NCBI GenBank assembly: GCA_937625935.1
Contig: OW569346.1
Coordinates: forward strand, 496,001-560,000
Length of the DNA: 64,000 bases
Reading direction: 5' to 3'
Origin: Tetramitus jugosus
Lineage: Eukaryota > Protista > Heterolobosea
In this document: one piece after another, positions 54,484 through 64,000 of the stretch
How the letters are laid out: each line of letters opens with the position of its first letter
Numbering within the stretch: position 1 is the stretch's first letter
The notes under the pieces: model-generated
What the model was told of the DNA's origin: nothing
The model's input: the letters and a program-made list of their open reading frames with translations, nothing else
The model's database searches: none
Translations under genes and position numbers: made by a program

Positions 54484-57400
54484 ATGAGGTCTCAGTCATC
54501 ATGGTCAGAACGCCTCGTATGTACAGCCAAACTGATTACTTCACAGAAATAGTTTTTTATCCTTAACACTCCCACTTCACTTCCAAATCAATAGGTCGAT
54601 AAAGATGGAAAACCAGCTGTTATTACATGTGTAGCATTTTCTCCTGATGGCCTCCAAGTAATTGTGGCTGCAGGAAGCAGAATTTTCATGTACGATGCTA
54701 TTGTAGGAGAATTCATCAAGAAACTCAAGGCTCACAAGGGAGATGTATATACAGTAGCGTATAGCAGAGATGGAAAACGTTTTGCCTCAGGTTCAACTGA
54801 TAAGAGTGTCATCATATGGACGAGCGAAGGTGAAGGACAACTCCGAATCAATCACAACTATTCTATTCAATGTTTGGCATTCAATCCCGTTAGCCATGAA
54901 TTAGTCAGTTGTACCGAGTCTGATTTTGGGCTATGGAACCCTGATCAAAAAGAAGTTGGATACACAAAGGTTCAATCCAAAATTATATGTTGCTCTTGGA
55001 CGAATGATGGGCAACACATTGCATTGGGTCATATGGATGGAAGGATTAGTATCAGGAACAAATTGGCCAAGGAAGTGATGGTTATTCAGAGAAGAGCACC
55101 AGTATGGACACTTTCTTGGAACCCATCGAGAGAAGAGCAGCATGATATCCTGGCTGTAGGTTGTTGGGATCAAACTCTATCATTTTATCACTTCCCGAGT
55201 GGGAAGCAGTTAAAGAAGGATAAGTACCTCGGATTTGATCCTTGTTCTCTCACCTTTTTCAGCAATGGCGAATATATGTGCATTGGAGGTTCGGATAGAA
55301 AAGTGAGCTTATGGACCAAGGAAGGAATTCGATTAATGACAGTTTGCGAAACAAAAGATTGGGTGTGGTCCATTGCCCACCGACCTCATCAAAACTATAT
55401 AGTATGTATTTTAACTTAACAACATCATCTGTCATACAAGAATTGTTGCTAACTTGATGAGTGCTCGATATTAGGCAATTGGATGCAATGATGGACTGAT
55501 AGATGTTCAACAGCTCATGTTCAATACAGTTCACAGTCTGTACAAAAATCTGTATGCAAGTAGAGAAAACATGACAGAGGTTGTTCTTCAAGACCTGCTA
55601 TCAGACCGGAAAGTTCGAATTCCTTGCAAAGATTACGTTAAAAAAATTGCTGTCTATGAGAATAGACTCGCAGTCCAGTTAAGTGATAAGATCGCAATAT
55701 ATGATTTGTTTGAGAACAGATCCAATACCAGCATGACAAAAGAAGAAGGGGCCCATGAGGAAGAAGAACTGGGATTTCAACTTGTTGAGAAGATTCAAAA
55801 GGATTTGGGATGTAATTTACTGATTGCAGTGTCTAGGGGCGTAGTGTTATGCTTGGAACAAACACTGCAGCTCTATGATTTTAAGGGACAAAAACAGCGA
55901 GAATGGGCAATGGACTCAAATATACGATACGTTAAAGCGATAGGTGGTCCTCCTACTCGAGAAGGTATCCTTATTGGACTTGAAACCGGGGCAATCCTCA
56001 AGATTATTATTGATAATCCTTTCCCGGTTCAGTTGCTGAAAATAGGTAGTGCAGTAAAATGTCTAGACCTCAGTGCTTCTCGAACAAAACTGGCGATCGT
56101 GGATTCTCTTAATAATTGTATCGTGTATGATTTGAAGTCAAAGAAATTTTTGTTCCAGGAAAGCAATGCCAACAGTGTCTCCTGGAATTCCGAGTATGAA
56201 GATATGTTATGTTTCTCTGGAAACGGAATCCTGAACATCAAAACAGATACTTTCCCAGTCACGCAACACAAATTCCAAGGTGTTGTTGCTGGGTTCAAGG
56301 GATCCAAAATATTTTGCCTCCATATGTCAATGATCAACACTGTCGACATACCTCAAAGTGCCAGTCTCTTCAAGTACTTGGAGAAGATGGAATTTTCGAA
56401 AGCTTATGAAATTGCCTGTTTGGGAGTTACTGAAAATGATTGGAGACAACTGGCTATGCAAGCATTATGCGGTCTTAACTACGATGTTGCTCGTCGATCC
56501 TTTGTTCGTCTAAAAGATATGAAGTTTGTGAGCTTGCTGAGCAAGTTCGAAAAGCAATTGAACAACAAAACAGGAAATGAACAACTGTTCCTGGCAGAAA
56601 TATACGCTTATCAGGGAAGATTTGATGAAGCTGCGAGAATGTATGTCAAAGCTGGAAAGCCTGATATGGCCATGGATATGCTTTGCGATATGAGGAAGTG
56701 GAAAGAAGCCAAGGAGCTAGCTTCAAAAACTGACAGTGTCAACCTCCGAGATCTTATAAGGAAACAAGCTAGTATTGCAGAATCTGATAAGGATTTGAAA
56801 GCCGCGAGTGAGTTGTACATTGCTGCTGGGGAATATTCTAAAGCGATTAATATTATGGGAGAGCACCAATGGTTTGATTCGTTGATTGAAGTGTGTCGCT
56901 CGATGGATCACAAGAGTCAAGAAGGAACAAGAGCTATTGCGATCTGCGCTCAGTACTTTAGGAAATTTAAACATCATGAGTACGCAAAGGAAGCATATGC
57001 TAAGATTGGAGATTTTCCTTCTCTCCTGAAATTGCATGTGGAGAACCAGAAATGGACAGAAGCATTCGAACTTCTCACCGACAATCAACAATTCGCTCCA
57101 GAGGTATATCTACCATATGCTCGCTATCTTGTGACTTTGGACCGGTTTGATGAAGCACATGAGGCTTTCAGAAAGGCAAACCAACCGAAAGAGGCTCTTA
57201 AGATTCTGCAGCAGATGGGATTCAACTCAGTCATTGAGCACAGATTCAAGGATGCAAGTTACTATTTCCTTCAATACGCTTTGGAAGTGCTTTCTATCGC
57301 TAAATCCTTCGATGAATTGACTGAGGAAGCTCGAGACTATTTCGAATCATTTGCGAGATTCTATCAGTTTGCGAAGATGTATTATGCCTATCATTATATT

Positions 57401-58258
57401 CATATCTATTCAGAACTTCCATTCAACTCGATGGAACCAAAGTACTTATTTAATATCTCTCGCTACCTTCTGATGAATACACTGACTGGAGATACACCAT
57501 ACAACATCTCCAAGGTGAATATTGTGTATGCTATGGCAAAGTTAGGACAATCGCTAGAGAATTACAAGCTTGCTAGAGAAGCATTCCAAAGACTTCAAAC
57601 ACTTCGGGTACCAAAACACCTAAAGACTGAAGTTGATCTCCAGAGCATTCTTGTAAACAGTAAGCCAATGACAAACAGTGATGAGCTGATGCCTGTCTGT
57701 TATCGATGTTCCAGCAACAACCCTTTCTTAAGCAACTCTGGAGACTTTTGTCAATCATGTGGTCATCCATTCGTCCGTTCATTCTATTCGTTTAACATTC
57801 TTCCGCTGGTCGAATTCGAGCTTGATGATGCTGTGACAGAGGAAGAAGCACTCAGACTACTTCAATCTGATTCTAAGAAGATATCTTCTATGACTGATAA
57901 GCAAACCAAGTGGAAAGAGAGTAATGATGAAGACGAAAACGTTCAAACATTAACGTTCGACGAGAAACCCAGCACATCTGCTCAAAGCTCACAAGATCCA
58001 TTCCGACAAGCCCTCATGAATTCAAAGACTGTCAAAATCAAGGTTAATAGCTATATTCTGTCTAATCTGCCGAAAGAAGAGGTGTTTGTTGTCAATTGGA
58101 ATGTACCTTTGATGAAGAGTAAGTTTTATCGAAACATGGTGCCATCTTTCCCTGTCGTTCATTGCCATAGCTGTAACATGTTTTTCCATGAGGAGGATTA
58201 TGAATTCGAAGCTCTCAAGAACAATGGTTGTCCATTCTGTCATGCTTCATCTCAATAA
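54484..58258 (+). CDS. IFT122: Intraflagellar transport protein 122; introns ~54517-54594, ~55403-55474
   Basis: WD40 N-terminus (HKGDVYTVAYSRDGKRFASGSTDK), IACLGVTENDW, C-terminal FFHEEDYE...CPFC. Confidence 0.93.
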
Positions 58259-58330
58259 ATACGGTTGCAACAAGCAAAATTCATACAAAAACAAATCAAA
58301 TACAAAAAAGTCTCAAACATCTGCTTCTCA

Positions 58331-60565
58331 ATGAGTATCAAGCTTCTCTCTAACGAAGACATTGAGAAAATTCGTTCGAATTATCTGATCGGATCTCTTG
58401 AACAGTTGATTGAAGAACTAATATTGAACAGTATGTACAAACTTTTTAGATGGACGAGCTATTGTATCTGACCACACCTGTAGGCATCGATTCCAAAGCG
58501 TCTCATATTACAGTAGATTTGCAATCCACCACTAATCAAGTGGATTTAATCGTGACTGACAATGGAAAAGGAATGGGACATGAAGAAATGATACTTGTAG
58601 GTCAACGTTATGGTATGTAGCTACATTGTTGGATTGTCTCTCTTCCAATGAATCATATTCTGTCCTGTACTAAATGATGTGCAGCAACGAGTAAACTGTA
58701 CGAATCAAATTGCTTCGGCTTCAGAGGAGAGTCACTCAACTCTATCGTATCAATGTGCTCCAGTGTAACAATATCGTCCAGGATATCTTCTCTGGATCCC
58801 ACTCTGACCAAAACGATTCAACCATCGACAACAACTCCTCTTGTGACTCGATCCTATGTGAGAGATCATCAAGTGGGTACAACTGTTCGTTGTAACAACA
58901 TCTATGGCAATCAACCAGTTCGTAAAGACTTGATCCTTCAAAAATTGTTCATGGTAGGAGGGTTGATACACGAGATCAGATTGGTCATCGAACATATCTC
59001 TCTTGTTCATGCCAATATCTCGTTATCCCTGCTTCAGAATGGCTCGTCTCTAATGAACATCGTTGCCCAAGAACCACAGAGTAGTAGTATTTGTGGCGTA
59101 TCGAGAGAACGGTTGTACTATGTGCTCGGAGTTGACAAGTGTAACGATATGAGGGAGGTAGAGGGATCGATGCTAGACAATGATATTCCAGTACGAATCC
59201 TAATATCGACCAACTATCCACTCCACTTGTCAAGCTACTCTACAGTGAAACACTGCCAATATGTATTCCTTAACAAAAGATTCGTGCATAAAGAATCAGA
59301 TGCCATACGAAAAGAAATGAACAGCTTGTACCGCTCATTTCTCCAAAAATTTCGCTACCATATACTTGAGACTCACCCGAGCTTCCATGACAACTTGCTC
59401 TCTCTCGTTCCAAACTTTGTGGTATTGATAGTCCATGGCTCAACTAAAATATCAGATGGAAATCATCGTGTAGAGTTTTTGAAGGGTGAAGGAACAATTA
59501 TCAACCTCCTGAGGAAAACAATGCACTCATTCTTCAACAAGTGTCATCCTCTATACATGAATGAAGTGTCGAATGAGAAGAATGTTACAGAGGAAATTCC
59601 AATACGACATAACACTTCTCCTCCACTCAACCATACATCGATATCCCAACGTATACTAAGTCACAGAAAAACTCGTATTTCTAAACCGCCAGCGATCAGA
59701 AAATCAATCACTGAGTTACTACAGCAAAGCCGAAAGGAATGTGTAACATTTGGACAAATAGCAGAGCATCCAATACCCACAAGGGACGAAATACAGAAGC
59801 AAGAAAGGTCTGAAACAGTTGTATGTAACTAGACCCCTTTGAAACTCGATGTTGCGATTCTGTGAATCACTGCTACTAATCTTTCCAATTTTTCTGGCTT
59901 AGGAACTTACAAGGCAAATGATCCAATCAATGACTGTGATATCTCAACTTGACAAGAAATTCATAGTCACGCGCATTGAACTAAATGATCTGAAATGTAT
60001 TTGTCTTGTGGATCAACACGCAGCAGACGAACGAATAAGAGTGGAAGATCTTCTAAAGCAGTCGACAACGAATCGTATTGACGCCGTATCTCAACGCATG
60101 GACATGTTCCCTGGAGAGGGAGTGCAGCAATGTGCTATTCCGAATGGTTTAGTGGTTGCTCGAGCGGTCGATAACCCAAAGCTAGTCCACCAAATCTCAG
60201 CGTACAGGCAACTACTGGAAAGATGGTACTGGAATTTCGAAGTCATCCAAGATTCGCCCTACTCCAGAAATGAAGGTGCTCGCGTGATCATGAAAACTGC
60301 GCCAAATTTTCTTGGAGAAACACTAACAGTGCCTGATCTAGTCCACTTCCTGGAGAAGTTGTCAGAATTTACAAGCTCGTCCACTATTCCTCCCGGAATA
60401 CATCGAATTGCAAACTACAAGGCATGCAGGTCTGCTGTCATGTTTGGGGATTACTTAGATCGATCTCAATGCGAAAACATTATAAGAAGTCTGAGCGAGT
60501 GTGATCTCCCGTTCCAATGTGCCCATGGTCGACCTAGTATGACAGTACTCTTTAAGTACACATGA
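58331..60565 (+). CDS. MLH3: MutL homolog, MLH3-like (multi-exon)
   Basis: EELILN, DNGKGM, FGFRGESL ATPase motifs; DQHAADER, ACRSAVMFGD, QCAHGRP endonuclease motifs. Confidence 0.85.
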
Positions 60566-60659
60566 GATGAACCTCAGTACTCCAAAATCCGCACATGAAT
60601 ATCTGTCCTCATTTACACATTAAAGATTCAGGTGATTGATTGATGACACATATGTCTGA

Positions 60660-62279
60660 TTACAATTTACTCAATTTGTTTGGATCTAAGCTCTCATCTT
60701 CAAACATCTTCTCTAGTGTGTGATGGGGCATGACTCCTGAAGGTGGTGTAATAGGTTTGAACCCTGGTTTCTTCTTTTCCTCCTGTTGTTCGTACTTCTT
60801 TGCAATGTCTTGATACATTTTCTCTTCTTCACTAATCAGTTTTTCTTCCTCCTTCTGTCTCTCTGAGGCCTTCATCTTCTCCATCTTCTGAACTGCTTCG
60901 ATATATTCTGGATTAGATACCTTCTTCTGCTGTTTATGCAAAAACTCCTCTGTAGCGCTTTCATACAACGTTTCACGCACCACATTGCTAATTGATTTGG
61001 TGTCCTCCATAATTTCTTCGTGTAAGCTCTTCTTTGACTCGGTCTTCTTGCTTGGTGGATTTTGCTTCAACTTGAGCTCCCTCTCTCGTTGTACCAGTAT
61101 TCTTCGGCGATCATTCTGTATCACCTTGTCCAACAACATGTAATTCACATGATCATCGTCCAACACGCGCCAATCATTCTCCTTCAAATTAATAATATAT
61201 TCATTCTCTGATTCTCTGTCTTGACCACCTCCGTTCAAATACTCGTTGGCCAATTGTAAATGACCAATGGCAATCCGCTTCACAGACACTGGTTCATGTC
61301 GAATGGACAACAATGTCTCTACAATGTTATCCGGTTTGTAGTCGTGCAGAGTAATGTGAGCAATGCGCTTCTCTTCGTTCACTGGGATGAACCTTGGTGC
61401 ATTAATCACTTTTTTCACTGATTGCTTAATTTCTCCTCTCAGTGTACGCAATGCCTCCTGTTCCAACCCTGTAAACTTGTCCTTGAATTGCACTTCATAC
61501 ACGCGACCTAATGGATTTCTCACACTGGAGAAGCACTTGGTGAGTTCACTGTCTTGAGTGAGGAATGTGAGACCAGAGAATTCCACTGGCAGATCCGAAG
61601 CAATGTTGAACACTGGTTTCCTGTACTGGAACGTCTCTGGCAAAATATCAAAAATGGAGATTTGAGCTTCCTTTTGTGAGAGCAAATTTTTTGGCGCCTT
61701 TTTTCCTCGTAATTTTTGATTACTCCGACTATTGGACGACAATAAGGGAGCACTTGTATATTTTGCATATTCATCACTATTCTCAAACTCTTGCATTCCG
61801 TTGGCCATCATCTCCTGTTCCTCCAAATACTGTTCATACTCATCCATGGTCATCATTTCACTCTCATCACCACCACCGCCTTCATCGTCATACAAATCAT
61901 GTTCCTCCTCTTGCTCATTTGCACTCAACACAAAATTTTTTTTGTTCTTACTGCTCGACAATGATTGATCACCATAGTCAAAAATGGGAAATGTGCTGAC
62001 ACCAGGTGACTTGTTGAAAATGACGTGGAGGAATGGAGTGAGATATGGTATGGGTCTATCGTTTAATTGAACCTGAAATGGATCGACAATGGTTCTCAGT
62101 TTGAACTGTGGTGACAATGGTTTGTGATTGATGGTAATTTTGTTTTGTGCGAGAAATTTTTTGATGGATTTTCGATTGCAATAACCGAGTTGAATCCACA
62201 GTTTTTCAAATTTGATACTGCCTGACATTTTTGTGGATGTTGGTGATGTTGTGTTGGTGGATGATGCCTTGGTGTTCAC
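60660..62279 (-). CDS. S4 + RsuA/RluB-like pseudouridine synthase fold protein, catalytic motif degenerate
   Basis: S4-like N-terminus, FNKSPG, SGLTFLTQD, RVYEV, VKRIAIGHL; GRLD motif replaced by SDLP. Confidence 0.7.
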   Translation of the reverse strand: MNTKASSTNTTSPTSTKMSGSIKFEKLWIQLGYCNRKSIKKFLAQNKITINHKPLSPQFKLRTIVDPFQVQLNDRPIPYLTPFLHVIFNKSPGVSTFPIFDYGDQSLSSSKNKKNFVLSANEQEEEHDLYDDEGGGGDESEMMTMDEYEQYLEEQEMMANGMQEFENSDEYAKYTSAPLLSSNSRSNQKLRGKKAPKNLLSQKEAQISIFDILPETFQYRKPVFNIASDLPVEFSGLTFLTQDSELTKCFSSVRNPLGRVYEVQFKDKFTGLEQEALRTLRGEIKQSVKKVINAPRFIPVNEEKRIAHITLHDYKPDNIVETLLSIRHEPVSVKRIAIGHLQLANEYLNGGGQDRESENEYIINLKENDWRVLDDDHVNYMLLDKVIQNDRRRILVQRERELKLKQNPPSKKTESKKSLHEEIMEDTKSISNVVRETLYESATEEFLHKQQKKVSNPEYIEAVQKMEKMKASERQKEEEKLISEEEKMYQDIAKKYEQQEEKKKPGFKPITPPSGVMPHHTLEKMFEDESLDPNKLSKL

Positions 62280-62578
62280 ACGCGAAAGAGAAAAAAGTTT
62301 TTGTTTTCACACGGAGGGAAAATAATGGAGGGAAAAAAATGCAATGGTTCAGAGCATTGTTTGAACATGTGTTTTTGTCCGCATTCTTCGGAAAGAACAC
62401 GTGGCGGAAAATTGCTATTGCGGAGGCGTGAGTCATTTCTTTGAGCATTTTACGATCGTATGTTTTTCTTACCTTTGACCTGCACTCAAAATCAACAACG
62501 CAGCGACAACTCATACATGAACATTTGCTGTTCTGAATTGTAACATACAACCCCATCACTACCATCACACTTATAGAC

Positions 62579-64000
62579 ATGAGATCCAATCCAAAGATTT
62601 TTCTCCTGTTGCTATCAATCATCATCTGTTTGAGTTGGTGGACCAACAACAACAACAATCATCATTGTCATGTGACAGCTGCTACTCCAACAACAAGTCA
62701 TCAACAACAATCACCCAATCCACTCCACTCTCTCATGACTCACAATCCATTCGACAAAAAGAAGTATCAAATCGTCGATGTTTCTCATGTGGTTGATGAT
62801 GCCAACTGCACGGTGAAAGATGTCGACGTGTTCAATCATCAATTGTACAATAGTCTCAGTAAGATTACTCAAACAACATTCTTCAAGATTTTCAAGGTTG
62901 ATCTCGACAGTGAATGTCCCTTCTGGGCTATGAAGAAGATGTGTTCGGGCAAGGGTGGATGCAATGTTTGTCAGTGTGATGAGAAAGATGTATGTAGATC
63001 AGAGATATAGATAACTCGAGTTAGTGACTTGAGAGGAATTATTGTCATGATGATTTCTTGGATTTTTATTGGTGGTGCATGAGTCACACAACAAGTTTAT
63101 TTTGTTCTTGTACTAATTATTGATTGATTGATTGATTGATCGACTCATAATTTGCGCAGATCCCTATTGCATGGAAGCAAACAACATTGGCACCTGTGAA
63201 CAAGGGTGGTTTCTTGAACTCTCAAGGAGCAAACAGAATGCTACCATCGAACATTAAACTGAACAAGTGGGAGGACAATGATGCCAATTGTTGGGTCCAA
63301 TCCCAATCAGATGCCAAAATGACCTATGTCAACTTGTTGTTGAATCCAGAGACAAGAACTGGATATGTAGGTGAGGATGCTGCTCGTGTCTGGAGAGCCA
63401 TCTACAATGAGAATTGCTTTAGTGGCAACTTGAATGACATGTGCATGGAAGAACGAGTGTTCTATAGACTGATATCTGGTTTGCACATGAGTATTACCAT
63501 GAAGATTGCCACGTACTATTTCCCAAAGGAAGAAGCACCACTCGTGTCCACCTATGAAAACTTTGAACCAAACTATGAAATGTTTGACAAGGTGATTGCA
63601 CCATTCCCAGACCGTATCAAGAATCTGTACTTTTTGTACTCGTTTACACAGAGAGCAATCCAAAAGGCTGCTCCCTTCCTGTCCAACTATGATTACAATA
63701 CTGGTAACCCTGCTGAAGATCAAGAAACTCAGCAACTAATGAGACAACTCCTGTCCATTCACGAACAGTGCGCTCAAACATTTGATGAGAGTCTCATGTT
63801 CAGAACAGAGCAGAGACAAGAATTGAGAGATCAAATGAGAGCTCATTTTAGAAACATTACAAACATTATGGACTGTGTATCCTGTGAGAAGTGCAAGATG
63901 TGGGCAAAGTTGGAAATGTTGGGACTCGCGACAGCTCTCAAGATTGTGTTGGCTGATGATCCTTCGATCATCAAGGGACTCCAGCGAAATGAAATTATCG
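62579..64000 (+). CDS. ERO1: ER oxidoreductin 1 (runs off window); intron ~62991-63159
   Basis: Signal peptide, FKVDLDSECPFW, YVNLLLNPE, FYRLISGLH, IMDCVSCEKCKMWAK. Confidence 0.93.

Overview
Gene-dense eukaryotic DNA (GT-AG introns, CAA-rich UTRs, IFT122, so probably a flagellated protist; I cannot name the species). It holds about 35 protein genes and two tRNA genes. The standout is a ~4.0 kb insertion (22545-26563) between two convergent host genes. It is bounded by an exact 16-bp direct repeat (TTAAGTGAGAGATTTG), with no TIRs and no transposase. It encodes an apparently intact Fanzor1-type RNA-guided nuclease (649 aa, rearranged RuvC triad D373/E536/D587) that reads up to the right boundary, so the predicted omegaRNA guide is the duplicated flank itself. 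Divergent from Fanzor, the insertion carries a small F-box + Cys3His zinc finger + chromodomain gene and a frameshifted captured VPS35 fragment. The left junction (TTAA + 12 nt of guide match) may be a footprint of Fanzor cleavage followed by abortive gap repair; this is inference. A second accessory region (1.4-4.9 kb) has a duplicated atypical-kinase-like gene separated by a mosaic of short segments copied from neighbouring genes. Other oddities are a DUF4139-type protein with an inserted ubiquitin domain, a head-to-head AGE/DUF4127 pair, pseudoenzyme-like LRAT and pseudouridine synthase genes, and an eS30-like protein. All family calls come from motif recognition by eye, not database searches.
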